Shown here: in pieces, positions 1-12,700 of the stretch | Layout: every line of letters begins with the position of its first letter | How positions within the stretch are numbered: position 1 is the first letter of the stretch | Assembly (NCBI GenBank): GCA_002633005.1 | Contig: NMRA01000336.1 | Span: 45,756 to 109,755, forward strand | Direction: 5' to 3' | Length of the DNA stretch: 64,000 nucleotides | Origin: Phoronis australis | Taxonomy: Eukaryota > Animalia > Phoronida | Program-made: the position numbers and the translations under genes | Notes under the pieces: generated by a model | What the model was told of the DNA's origin: nothing | The model's database searches: none | The model's input: only the letters and a program-made list of their open reading frames with translations

Positions 1-168
1 CCCCCCCAACACTAAAACTGCACACATTTAAATCTTTGTTCATCCGTATAATTTTAATTACGGGGGTTAATTAATAAACTCAACATTTCCCTACGCTCTT
101 ACTGTTTTATTTTTTTGCGGCAGCCAAGGGGGCCCAGCCCCCTGGGACCCCCCCTGAATCCGCCTATG
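1..168. mobile_element. Right end of a MITE of the CATAGGCGGAT...ATCCGCCTATG family (hAT/Harbinger-like, non-autonomous), truncated by the window start
   Basis: Ends GGGGGCCCAGCCCCCTGGGACCCCCCCTGAATCCGCCTATG. The same terminus type occurs at 47155-47167 and in the complete copy at 52322-52416. Confidence 0.55.
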
Positions 169-349
169 TATTTCTTACTGATTTGTTCATTAGTCACATG
201 AATGTTAACGTGTTGTTCATAATCTCCGCCATCGTCGTTGTCGTCCTCCCAATCGTCCTATTTTCGCATAATTTCACCAAGTGTCGTCCCTCCAAGCACT
301 CTCGTTTGTTTTTTTTGCTTCCTCAGCTTTATCTCCTTACTCCTTTGAA

Positions 350-663
350 TGATCTTTGTGAAATTTTGCAAGAATTAGTTTTATATTATGGAGTTGATTG
401 GACGTTTAGAAGGTTCTGACTACCGCTGTACCTCCTAGTAGCAAGTTTAGTTTTTACGTTTGCATCTGTATCTTCCAAATCCTTTGACAGTTTTTATTGA
501 AATGTGGTTAACAAGTTTCTGTTATGATGGTGGTGACATAGGATAGATTTGGCGAATTATGCGCCACCTAATGTCCATTTTGTCACTTGTAAACACTCTT
601 ATAAGCACACTGTTTACGTTGTTGTTAGTAGTTGGTGCATTTCAGTGCTCTGCGTTGCTCTAG
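350..663 (+). mobile_element. Degenerate partial Helentron/HINE-like element (copy A)
   Basis: Two diverged internal units, and a 3' end GGTGCATTTCAGTGCTCTGCGTTGCTCTAG homologous to the ends of copies B and C. Left boundary approximate. Confidence 0.55.
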
Positions 664-736
664 CAACTGTTGAAGTAATGAAAAGTAATAAACAATGAAC
701 AATTTGATGAGATTCTCTTTTAAAATTTGTTAGTGG

Positions 737-2001
737 TTTTTATGCGCCCTCATATTTATATGTGGATGCATTATGCCATCATCTCCGTCCGTCCGGGTGG
801 CGTCTGTCCGGCGTCCGCTGCTCTATCTCCAAAACCCTCAACATACGTTCATGAAATTTGGCTCATATGTTCCATTCATGAATGGGACGGCATAAGCGAA
901 CTTTTGGACGTATCTGACTACCGGTGTGCCCACTAGTGGCAATTTTAGTTTTTTATGCTTACCTTTGTATCTTCATAAGTCCTGAATGGATTTTCATGAA
1001 ATTTGGTATGTAGGCACCTATTAGTGAGATGACACTATCCTCCCGTTTTCCGATGGATTCGACAGAGTTTGCGCCACCTAGTGGCCATTTTTACTGTTTT
1101 CGAGTCTGTTTTTGCGTCCACCTCTATATCAACCAAACCGCTCAGAGGATGATTGTGAAAATTGGCATGTATGTGCTTACTATGAAGAAGATGGTGGACG
1201 AGGATTTTTGACTACTGTTGCGCCTCCTAGTGACAGGTTTCTTTTGCGCCTATGGCTGTATCTCCTAAACCGTTCGCAGGATCTTTACTTAATTTAGCAA
1301 GTATATTTTTAAGATGTTAACTACGGATGATGACCACTTTCGGACAGATCTGACTACTGCTGTGCCCCCTAGTGGCAATTTTAGTTTTTAACGTTGAACT
1401 CAGTATCTTCAAAGGTCCTCAACAGATTTTCATAAAGTTTTAAATATAGGCATCTATTGGTGTAATGACGCTATCTTTCTGTTTTTGGATGGAATCGAGG
1501 TATTTTGCACCACCTAGTGGCCATTTTTGCTGTTTTCAAGTCTTGTTTTTTGGTGTCCACCCCTGTATCAACCAAATCATTTGAAAATTGGCATATATGT
1601 TCTCAGTGTGAAGACGACCTTTGATGTTGGTGACTGACTACTGTGGCGCCTCCTAGTGGTAGTTTTGTTTACCGCCCTTAGATGTATCTCTTAAACCCAC
1701 TGCAGGTTCTAAATTTAGTATGTGTATTTTTATGAAGATAACAACAGACGACCACGACTTTCAGGCGGATCCAACGGACACTGTGCCCTCTAGTGGAAAT
1801 TTCATTTTATTCTGTTTTCCTTTGTTTCTCTGAAGTTCCGTGAGAGATTTTTATGAAATATGGCATGTTCCTGTTTTTGGATGGATTGTATGTTTTTGCG
1901 CCATCTAGTGGCCATTTTTATGATACAAATAAATAACCCTAAAAGCACACCATTTGCAATGCATTCGTGGGCGCATTTCAACGCTCGGCGTTGCTCTTGT
2001 T
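737..2001 (+). mobile_element. Helentron-associated non-autonomous element (HINE/DINE-1-like, copy B)
   Basis: 5' TTTTTATGCGCCC with a nearby short inverted copy and a CCGT microsatellite-like tract. Internal ~145-bp tandem units. 3' subterminal inverted GGGCGCAT (1969-1976), hairpin CAACGC-TCG-GCGTTG (1979-1993) and T-rich end. Confidence 0.75.
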
Positions 2002-2068
2002 ACATATAGGTACATGTTGTCTTAGCCACCCTGCCAAAAATAAACTCTCTGGTTGTCTTTTGTTGCAG

Positions 2069-2334
2069 GAACCCCAAGTGCTTATTCAAAGGTCTTGTTG
2101 TGGACAAGTAAAGCACACAAGTACGTACAATATGTAGAGCCATTCAGTAACGATTTCAGTTAGATATTCCTGTGTGTAAAGTCATTTAGTACCCTTTCAT
2201 TTAATGTAACCCTGCAAGAGCCTTAATCGGAATTTTTGTATCTTTTTTTCAGGTTGCTCACGGGCATATTTGCCAAGGATTACAAAGATGTTGCTCATCT
2301 TGAAACTCGATTGAGCAAAGCGACGCAAAACTGA
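2069..2334 (+). CDS. Two putative terminal exons of an unidentified plus-strand gene (2069-2107 or 2120, and 2253-2334)
   Basis: Acceptors tgttgcag and tttttttcag, donors gtaaag/gtacgt. One joined reading is NPKCLFKGLVVDKLLTGIFAKDYKDVAHLETRLSKATQN*. No homology recognised. Confidence 0.25.
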
Positions 2335-2392
2335 AGAAGCTCAGGAGCATGTTGTCTTAAATGCCACATAATAGTTTTAAGTAAATGTTGCA

Positions 2393-3734
2393 TTTTTATG
2401 CGCCCACATATTTATATGTGGGTGCATATTGCTGTCATCTCTATCTGGGTGTCTGTTGTCCGGCATTCGAAGCTGTATCTCTGAAAGCCCTCACAGGACT
2501 GTAATGAGATTTGGCAGATATGAGCCTATGAAGCTAACAATGGATTGCGACAAATTTCGGACCTCTCTAACTACTGGTGTGCCCCCTAGTGGCAATTTAA
2601 TTTTTTACGCTTCTGCATCTTTTGAGGTCCTCAACAGATTTTCATAAAATTTGGCAGTTAGGCATTTATCAGTGACATGATGCCATCCTCCCATTTTGGA
2701 TAGACTCGAGGTAGTTTGCGCCACCTAGTGACCATTTTTACTGTTTTCGAGTCTGTTTTTTGGTGTCTGCCCTTCTATCAACCAAACCGCGCTAGAGATG
2801 ATATATGTTCTTACAGTGAAGAGGGCAGTTGACGATGGTTTTTGAACGACTTCGCCTACTGTGGCACCTGCTAGTGGCAGTTTTGTATGTTTTTGCACCT
2901 ACGGCTTTATCACCTAAATGCTTTACAGGATATTTTCTGAATTTTGGTGGTGTATTTATACCAACTGACAACAGAAGATGATGACTTTCGGACAGATCAA
3001 ACTACCATGGTGTGCCTAGTGGCAATTTTATTTTTTTACGTTTACCTGTTTCTTCAAAGGTCGTCAATGGATTTTCATAAAATTTGACAGATAGGCATGT
3101 ATCAGTCAGTTGATGTTATCCTTTGGCTTTTGATTTGATTTGTGGTATTTTCAAACACCTATTGGCCATTTTTACGGTTTTCAACCCCTGTTATTTGGTG
3201 TCTCCCCCTCTGTCAACCAAACCACGCTAAGGATGGTTGTGGAAATTGACATGAATGTTCCTAATGTGAAGAGGAAGGCTGAGGAGGATTTTCCGACTTC
3301 ATTTACAGTGGCACCTTAGTGGCGGTATGTTTTTTGCTATTATGGCCTCCTTGTGGCAATTTCATTTTTTTTGTTTTCCTGTGTTTCTCAAAAGTTCCTT
3401 GATGGATTTTTATGAAATTTGGTAAATAGCTTTGATGACACATACCAGGCGTGCGTTCAGTAGACTCTAGGATCTACGCTAGGACCTAGCTAAAACCTAG
3501 TCAAAGTCACGTGCTCTCATTCAAAATGCACAGCAATATCTCACGTAATCTCGCGAAGTCTTGCTTTTTAGCGAGGTCCTAGCGTTACTGAACGGGAGGC
3601 AGTTTTCGGTTAGATTTGACATATTTTGGGCCATCTACGAGTGGCCATTTTTATGTTCCTAATAAACACCTGTACTAGCACACTGTTTGTGGTGCATTCG
3701 TTGGGGCATTTCAGCGTGCCGCATTGCTCTTGTT
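2393..3734 (+). mobile_element. Helentron-associated non-autonomous element (copy C)
   Basis: Same architecture as copy B: TTTTTATGCGCCCACATATTTATATGTGGGTGCAT start, ~145-bp units, GGGGCATTTCAGCGTGCCGCATTGCTCTTGTT end. Confidence 0.75.
3446..3602. mobile_element. ~155-bp MITE inserted in HINE copy C
   Basis: Inverted ends CGTTCAGTA...CGCTAGGACCTAGCTAAAA and TTTTAGCGAGGTCCTAGCGTTACTGAACG; interrupts the HINE unit. Confidence 0.6.
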
Positions 3735-4065
3735 TCTTGTGGCATTGTAATGTTGTTCAGAAGGACATGATGTTTCAAGTAGAATCTATTTGATCATTTA
3801 TTAGAGCATGTAAAATGTAATCAAGGAAAGGAATTGATTATTCCCAATGCCAAGTGTTAAGTCAAGTCCGAGTGCTTTCAGAAACGGGGATGCATTTCAA
3901 TACAATTGTAATACCCATATTCATTACATGCTCATGTTATACTGAGCTATTTTGTAAATAACAAAGAGTATTTATTTTATGCTGTTTTATTTAAATTTCA
4001 TTCAATATTTTCTGTAACATTTTCAAGAAGGTCAGTTCAGGGATTCATGGGATCCTGGAGCACTA

Positions 4066-4640
4066 TTGGGTATTTCAGGCATATCCTATTACCACGATGA
4101 TCTCTGCTTTGTTGGTCCATCATGTATGCCAACTTGCTTGAAGGGTGTCTACAAGTTCAGTTGTTCTGCAACTTGGTTTGCACCCTCATCCACCACATCA
4201 AGTCGATCTTCCCTTCCATCGCAGTTACCATCTGTAGCATTCAACTGCATTTCAATGATGATGGCCGCTTCTCTCCCCAGGATAATGCTATGGACTTCCT
4301 TCGCGATTTCCAGAATAGCGGGAAAGTCACTCTTCATGACCTCCAATCCATAATTGGTCAAATCAACTTTGCTTGTTCAGTAGTTATCCCAGGCTGTATA
4401 CTCTAGCGTCATCTCATCAGCCTCACTTTCAGCATTTCCAAGCCGAACCACTATGTTACCCTCAACAAAAAGCCATAGCAGTCATCAAGTTCTGGTTACT
4501 CTTCATGCAAAGCTTCCGTTGCACAACTTCGCTCCTATTTGTTGTATGAATGTCTACCAAAACGATCAAACTACTCAACCTGGTTGGCTCCCGAATGGGG
4601 TTTGGTCCCAACTCCAGGGGTATCCTTTGTTGTTTCAGCT
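4066..4640 (+). mobile_element. DIRS/Ngaro-type retrotransposon RT/RNase H remnant
   Basis: SYYHDDLCFVG (decayed YLDD motif) and GKVTLHDLQSIIGQINFACSVVIPG, matching the typical DIRS/Ngaro motif KVTLRELQSLIGxLNFACxVVxPG. Frameshifted, with stops. Confidence 0.75.
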
Positions 4641-5143
4641 TACCCCCGTGCTCATGAAGATCTGCCATCTCAGCCAACACTTTTAGGGTCTGTTGTTGCA
4701 GCTTTAACTCTTCTAGTCATTTGCTATCATTACTTAGTATCTAAAATTTTGTTTTATCAGTGTTATTTATTTTGTTTTTGTAACATTTCAAACTCCTATC
4801 TTAGCCTTTTATACGCTGTTGTAACTTTTCTTGTATATTTTGCACATATTTTTGCTTTGGTATGCTATTTCTTTGAATTGGCTTTTTCAGTATTCTCACA
4901 ATCCATCATCGCATGTTTCCTTATACCCATCTTGTGGAGTCTGTTATTATTTTGTACACATGTCATAATACATGTCATTATTCTACCATATACCTCTTGT
5001 TTTACTTTGCGCCGGTAATAATAAAAGAAGACTTGGCTTACATGAAGGTCTGTATTTTAGTAAAACAGCGACCGGAAAAAGAGTAACCAAATAATACGTA
5101 CGAATAGTACACAAATAATGGCGCAACGTCTCTTTAACTTTAA

Positions 5144-7384
5144 AGGAGCATGCCAACCAAAAAACAACCTAATTTGTATCAGTTTAAATCGAGTAGTTCT
5201 ACTCCATAATGGCACGTACGGTTGCGTTACCTGACACCTGACGGCAGACTTGGGTGTTGAAAATATCCAATGACGTCATTGGTTTCACACGCAGTCTGTT
5301 CACCAGTTCACAACACGGGTTAGTGGTGTCACCTTGTCGCTTGAATTCACCGTTTAACACCAATTAATCATCAAACTTCGATGTAAAACCCTTAAAAATA
5401 CACCAAGTTCTTGTAAAAACGTGTTATTTTATTTTGGTGTTACGGATTTATTGATATTTGGACACACCGTAGCTTACAAAGTTCGGCAGGCCAATAAGGT
5501 CCGTAGCAGGACTGACTTTGGGGTCTGTTCGGAGATAAATTCGAAGTATTTTTGCCGTGAGATACTGACAGGAGAAGCTAGATCCGTGTTGTTTAGACTT
5601 GTGATTTTTTGAGTTCTAAGCACACAAAACGCTTGTTATCCTGGCCAGTGGCTCGGAGTCCGATCAGGACCGTCACAGCTGGATTGACCGTCGTTATCCC
5701 TGCCAGAGGCTCGGAAACCGATCAGACATCACGAACATAAACCAGTAAAGTTGGAAACTAAACTTCCAGTCAAGAAAATACTATACTAGTGAGCCAAAGT
5801 AATGTGCACGTGATTATGTTGATGAATTTGCCACGAAACTGCATATCTACTTACTCGTCAGGGGCCGCGAATTCAGGTTCCGCTCTGGCCAAAGCACCGT
5901 CAGGGCAGAAGTTGTACCATGACGGCGAAATCCCGTTGCTCCCAACTTGTTCGATTCTATAGCCTAACAACAAGTTGGGAAGTTTACCCCTGTAGCCAAT
6001 ATCTTACACGACTGATTAACTCCATTCTGGCATTTATGGTTGGAGGGCCTGCGCTCTTTTGTTCGATAATTGCTCTAATCTCTGATCAGATCGTAGGCCT
6101 GTCTAGCCCGACTGGGCTGGGCTGATAAAAAGGAAAGTTGAGTTATAACATATTTGAGCTTAAACCAATAGCATTTCTGAATTCCTCGTCAAATGCTGAT
6201 CATGTTAAGTTTTTGAATCACCAAAATCGCCCAACTACAACAGAATTTAAGACAATCTATTCTGTCCAAACGGATTACCAACGCACTGGGTTTGATTGTG
6301 TTCTGAATACGCGTTCGGTAATAGCGTGCAACCACCATACGTTTCCTTTGAAGCCTGGGAGATAATTGGCCTGCTTGTTATCATACGGGACAAAAGACTG
6401 GGCTGGGCAGTTATCAAAAGAGCCAAATGTCGCACATTCAGCACCCCTCACATCTGGAAATGTTACTGAACGACAGAACGCTGTAATGATTGACAATCAC
6501 CATTTGAATAACGTAAATATAAATCAATATTCTCGTAACACCTGGCCTTGGGATGGAAATCGAGTTGTTTCACAACAGTTTCTGTCAGCAAACACTAAAT
6601 TAGTATGAGCTCACACGGCCTCGGTGTCCCGTCAATTAGTTTTATTGCACCTAAAGCCGGCAACGCAGTGATTTATTCATTAATTGCTGGCTTCTCTAAT
6701 CATTTGCACTCACGAACAATCCAAAGGCATTACAAATTGCATCTAATGAGACGGTCTTTGTTTCAGTTTTATATAAGTATTGGTTAGGGTGAGAATAATA
6801 AATTTTGAAACAGAAAATTGAGTAATAAACGTCAACATGGCAACTCGCAATCCCGAATTAGACGAGAGCTTATCGAAGACTTCGCAGGTAGATCGTTAAG
6901 TTTCACAGGCTATCAGTTCGAACAGGAATACAGTGATGAAGAAAAACTAGAGAGGCGCCGTGAACAAGCTCAGACAACGGAACGTATGGATAGTTATTTT
7001 GTAAGCCGGCATTCCGACGTCAGGCACTGTCGACAACTACAGGCCACAGACACGGAGATGTTTTACGGCCTCATACTTGCTATTTACAGCGTACTTTTCG
7101 TTCTTCACTACCGCGAGCCACTTCCTAAGCATTTCGGATTATCGAGGAAGTCGAAAAAACGATAAACCCGTTTTCCTCTCAGCTGCTTAGTTTGGACAAG
7201 CGGGAACGATGCACCGCAACATAGTGGCATTCACTCTGCAAATGAACCATTGACGTCGCTAGCGTCGTTTCTCACCTTCCTCACAGGTTAACGCGACACC
7301 TCTTAGCAAGGTAAGGTCGAGCCGATGTGGATATAGACCAATTAAGACGGCAAAAAGACTAATTAAATCAGGTGGCATTCGCCT
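5144..7384. mobile_element. Kolobok-like non-autonomous DNA transposon with a KolX/P2X7-C-terminal-like remnant
   Basis: TTAA|AGGAGCATGCCAACC ... GGTGGCATTCGCCT|TTGA (imperfect TIR, degenerate TTAA TSD). ORF 6818-7165 GYQFEQEYSDEE resembles the PYxFEPEY start of KolX-type proteins. Confidence 0.5.
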
Positions 7385-7497
7385 TTGAATGGACAAATTC
7401 CGTACGAGCTCTCGAACCAAAACGCATAAAGCCAATTGAACTTAAGGTCTATAAATACGAAAGGGGTATAGGACGAATTATAAAAACAAACATTAAG

Positions 7498-9090
7498 TCA
7501 AAACAAAGTCCTGTAGATGTGCCGAAAGGCGACGGGGCCTGGTAGAGCGTCGAGGAGGGCATCACTAACTGCAGGTTCATCAACTGCCTCGGACGGGGCA
7601 TCAAGTGAACCGGGGTTGATAGTCAGATCTTCGGACGGAGTATGATCGACCGGGGCCAACTCAGATGGAACTGCAGGAGCGGGAGGCTCACTTGGAGGCT
7701 GTGAGATGGGCGTCGGCTCTGAGGATAGTGGCGTAACATGATCGCCCTCATCTTCTGTTTCAAAGCTGGAATCGGAAGCCCTGGGGATGGTGAGGGGGGT
7801 CATCTGAATGTTGAGCCAAGAACCGTCGAGACTAACCACGAGATAGCGGGGACGGGAGCGAGTCCTGTCGCGATCACCATAGAGATAAACCAAATCCCCG
7901 GCTGTAGTGTTGCTCGTAGGAGGGAGTCTAGCCACAGAAGCCTTAGATCTCGAGCTGGGTTCTTGGTTCCTTTCACGTTTGAGCTCGTTGTGCCTCGATC
8001 AGGGTGAGGTCGGTGGCGGTTATTTGGTCTCAGATAAATTGGTCACGTTGGAATAGCATCTCTCGGGCAGATAAGCCTCTCGAACGTAGCCGACTGTTCA
8101 TTCGGGCAACTGCAAGTGAAAGCTGCACAGAAGTTACCTTGCCATGGACCAAGTGCTCACGCAGTAACTTATCGGAAAGCTCTTCAATTGCCTTTTCAGC
8201 GACTGGGTTGTGATTGGGGTTTTTAACACGGCCAAGTTCAATAGTAATACTGTGTCGTTGAAGGAGATCATCGTCCTTCAAAGCACTAAAGCCAGGAGCC
8301 TGATCCGTACGGATAACTACTGGAGGACCATCCAAAGGGCAAAGTTCTATGCATATTTGAAGAAGACAATCTTGCTAGTCGTTACGGCGTTCACTCTCGA
8401 CAATGCGTGCGACGGTGTAGGAGGACCAATTGGCGTTCGCGTTTCATGACCTCTGCAGCGAAAGACAGACCGACGGTCGGGGGAGGGTCAGACGAGTCTT
8501 GAGTGATCAACGTTTTGGGGAATGTCTGAAGGGAGCAACATTGGTGACAAGATTTGGAACATCTGTCAATGGCGGAGTCCAAGTCGAGGGCGCAGAAGTA
8601 ACGTTGGGCAACGAGCCTCAGCTGATTGGATGAGGGATGATACAAGCGGAGGTGAAGACCCATGAGTAGACCGTCTAAGACAGAACGTGGAACAACTATG
8701 CATTCACGAATTGGAGCGAGGGGTGCATTTCTACGGAGAACTAGTAAACCATTCATTAGCGACCTTGACAATGTTAAGTTAACGCTTCACATCTCGAACA
8801 TCAGTCAGCTTCTTACTGGGGCACGTACCTTGCGTGAGATGAGCATGAGTACGGCGGAGGTCTGAGCACTCAGTTTGGATACTATGGCAAGCAGAACGGA
8901 TAGTGAACGGAAGCCTCGACACACCCGACAAGATGTCTGTGAATGAACGAAAGATCACACAATATTCGGTAGAAGCCACAAAGGAGCACACCTGGCACGC
9001 CATGTCTGAACACTCAATACTATGTCGGCTTGCAAAGTCTGATACGATGTTTGCGTCCCCTGAAACATGCCGAACAGTAGCTTTGAACAC
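7498..9090 (-). mobile_element. Gypsy/Ty3 LTR-retrotransposon pol remnant (end of RNase H, integrase zinc finger and core), frameshifted
   Basis: VRHVSGDANIVSDFASR; LHLRLYHPS...CSKSCHQC; VIRTDQAPGF...NPVAEKAIEEL. RNaseH-integrase order is Gypsy-type. No LTR recognised. Confidence 0.85.
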
Positions 9091-9739
9091 AGTACAGCTC
9101 AGGAAAACCGACGTGAATTCCCGGCGCTGTCATTTACTCCCCGCACAGTTGCCGTTTTCGTCAACTGCCTGCATTTTCTGTCCATCTTCCATTTTGAAAC
9201 GGCTACTTGTGAGTTTGAGAGCAAAAACTACTACACAGCCATCCTCACGTGTTGTACCGGACTCAATACTGACCACCATGCGCGAGTTTGATCCTTATAG
9301 ACATGTTCACTAATATTAAATTGCTGTTTTACTGCTAAAATATAGCGTACGATGTTACTTATATTTCGATAATTTAACATGCAAATAGTTGAAAAATAAC
9401 AATTTTAAGTCGATTTTGACGTCTTCCTTTGTTGACATTACCATTACCGCGTAGTAATCTTTTTGTGACGATTCTCCAGTGTGCAGGGCTAGCCTGGAAT
9501 GAAAGTGAAATATCTCGGGCAAAACTTCATAGATTTTCGTGGGAGAAAAACGCTTGTTTTCAGAATTTTACGAAGAATTTGTTGATGAATGTTTTACATG
9601 TTGAAAAAGGCGAAAATACAAACGCGCGAGTCATAATTGTTCAGGCAGCCCTTATCACCAAACCATCGGCTTCACGGGCAATAAAATGTAATCGACCGAA
9701 TAGATCTGTCGACCACAGATGTACCCTGTGGTTTTCCTC

Positions 9740-12700
9740 CAGTGAAGGTCAGTGGAGGGCAGTGGAGGCCAGTGTAGACCAGTGAAGGCCAGTGGGGGCT
9801 TGTGGAGGCCAGAGGAGTCCAGCTGTCGCCAGTGGAGGCCAGTGGACGCCAGCTTAGGCCATTGGAGGCCAGTGGAGCTCAGTGAAGGCCACTGGAGGAC
9901 AGTGGAGGCCAGCTGGGGCCAGTGGAAGCCAGTGGAGGTCAGTGAAGGCCAGAAAAGGCCAGTGGGAGCTTGTGGAGGCCATTGGATGCCAGTGGAGGAC
10001 AGTGAAGGTCAGTGAAAGCCACTGGAGGACAGTGGAGGCCAGCTGGGGCCAGTGGAGGTCAGTGAAGGCCAGAAAAGGCCAATGGGAGCTTGTGGAGGCC
10101 ATTGGATGCCAGTGGAGGCGTGTGGAAGCCAGTGAAGGCCAGAAGAAGCCAGTGAAGGCCCGAAGAGGCCAGTGGGGGCTTGTGAAGGCAAGTGGAGGCC
10201 AGCTGAGCCCATTTGAGGGCAGTGGATGCCAGCTGAGACCAGAGGAGGCAAGCTGGGGCCAGTGGAGGCCAGTGGTGCCCAGTGGAGGCCAGTAGAGGCT
10301 AGTGGAGGCCAATGGAGGCCATCGGAGTCCAGTCGAGCCAATTAGATCCCAGCGGAGGCCAGAGGAAGCCTGCTGTGGCCAGTGCAGGACAGTGGAGGCC
10401 AGCGGAGGTCAGTAGGGGCCAGCGGAGGCCAGTGGAGGACTGTGCAGGCCAGTGGAGGCCAGCTGAGTTCAGAGAATTCCAGCTGTTGCCAGTGGAGGCC
10501 AGTGGAGCCCAGTGAAAGCCAGTGGAGCACTGTGGAAGCCAGTTGAGGTCATTTGAGGCGTGTGGAGGCCAGTGGTCGGCGCTGGAGTCCAGTGGAGGCC
10601 ATTAGAGGCCACTGCAGGCCAATGGATTCCAGTGGAGACCAGTGGACGCCACTGGATGCTAGTGGACGAACCTGGAGGCCACTGGAGGACAGTGGTTGCC
10701 AGCTTGATCCTGTGGAAGCCAGTGGAGGTTCTGCAGAGGTCTTGAACGCCAGAGGAGGCCAGTGGGGTTTTTTGGAGGCCAGTGGGGGCCAGCTCAGTGA
10801 AGTTGAGGCCAGAGCAATCCAGTGGAGTCCAGCTGATGCCAGAGGAGTCCAGCTGTCGCCAATGGTTGCCGGTGGAGACCCGTAAAGACCAGTGGAGGCC
10901 TGAGGAGGCCAGTAGAAGTCAGTGGAGGCCAATAAAAGCCAGTGGAGGCGTGAGGAGGCCAGAAGAGGCCGCTGAAGGCCAGAAGAGGCCAGAAGCGCCT
11001 TGCAGAAGCTAGTGGAGGCCAGTGGATTCCACTGGAGACCAGTGGAGGCTCGTGGACGCCAGTGGAGGTAAGTGGAGACCAATAAAGGTCATCGGAGTCC
11101 AGGGAAGGCGTGTGGGGGCCAGTGAAAGCCAGTTGAAGCCAGTGGAGCTCTGTGGAAGCCATTGGAGGACAGCGGAAGCCAGTGGACGACTTTGGAGGTC
11201 AGTGGAGGCCAGTGGTGGCCGCTGGAGGCCAGTGAAGGCCATTAGAGGCCAGTGCAGTGCAGTGTATTCCAGTGGGGGCCAGTGGAAACCCCCGGAGACT
11301 AGTGGATGACAGTGGAGGCCACTGGAGAACAGTGGTTGCCAGCTGGGGCTAGTGGAAGCCAGTGGAGGTCTGCGGAGGCCTTGTAGGCCAGAAGAAGTCC
11401 AGTGGGGGTTTTTGGAGGCCAGTGGAGGCCAACTCATTCCAGTTGAGGCCAGTGCAGGACAGTGGAGGCGAAATGAGGCCCGAGGAGTCCAGCTGTCTCC
11501 AGTGGAGGCCGTTGGAGACCCGTGGAGACCAGTGAAGGCCAGTGGAGGCCAGTAGAGGTCAGTGGAGGCCAATAAAGGCAGTGGAGGCCGAAGAAGGCCA
11601 GGAGAGGCCAGTGGCATCTTGAAGAGGCTTGTGGAGGCCAGCTGGGCCCATTGGAGGCAAGTCGACGCTAAGCGAGGACAGAGGAGGACGGCTGTGGCCA
11701 GTGGAGGCCATTGGAGGCCAGTGGTAGCCAGTGGAGGCCACTCGAGGGCAGTAGAGGTCAGTGGAGTCCAGTGGGAGCCAGCCGAGGCCAGTGGAAGCCG
11801 GTGGAGGCTTGTGGCGGCCTATGGAGGTCAGTGGAAGCCACTGGAGTACAGTGGAAGCCAGGGGAGGACATTGGAGGCATTTGGTGACCACTTTAGTTCA
11901 CTGGAGGCCAGTGGAGGCTAGTGAAAGCCACTGGAGGACAGTGCAGGCCAGTGAAGGGCAATGGAGGCCATCGGAGGCCTGTAGATGCCAGTGGAGGCCA
12001 GTGAAGGCCAGAAAACGCCAGTGGGGGCGTGTGGAGGCCAGTGGAGGCCAGCTGAGCCCATTGCAGCCCAGGGGAGGCCAGAGCAAGCAAGGTGTGGCCA
12101 GTGCAGGACAGTGGAGGTCAGCGGAGGACAGTGGGTGCAAGTGGAGGACTGTGCAGATCTTTGGAAGCCAGCTGACTTCAGAAGAGGTCAGCTGTCGCCA
12201 GTGGAGGCCAGTGGAGGCCAGTAGAAGTCAGTGGAGGCCATTGGAGGCCATCAGAGGCCAGTGGAGTTGAGTGGAGGCCAGTGGTGAACAGTCGAAGCCA
12301 TTGGAGGACACTGGAGGCGAATGGAGGTTAGTGGAGGCCAGTGGAGGTCAGTAGATCCCAGTGGAGGATAGTGGAGACTAGTGGAGGCCAGAACAAGCCA
12401 GTGAAGGCCAGCGGGGTCAGTGGAAGACAGTGGAGGCAAGGGAAGACCATAAGAGGCCAGTGGGGGCTTGTGGAGGCAAGTGGAGGCCAGCTGTGCCCAC
12501 TGGAGGGCAGTGGAGGCCAGCTGAGGCCAGAGGAGGCAAGGGGGGCAGTGGAGAACAGTGGAGGCCCGAAGTGGCCAGTGAAGGCCAGTAGAGACTAGTG
12601 GAGGCCATCGGAGTCCAGTGAAGGCGTGTGGGGGACAGTGGAAGCCAGTGGAAGCCAGTGAAAGCTAGTGGAGGACTGTGGAAGCCAGTAAAGGACAGTG

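Noticed and set aside
4539-5018. Hydrophobic 159-aa ORF (similarly 53610-54026)
   Set aside because: T-rich low-complexity DNA with no splice context or recognisable motifs.
9100-9739. AGGAAAACC/GGTTTTCCT inverted match as transposon ends
   Set aside because: Only 9 bp and no TSD; boundaries unsupported.
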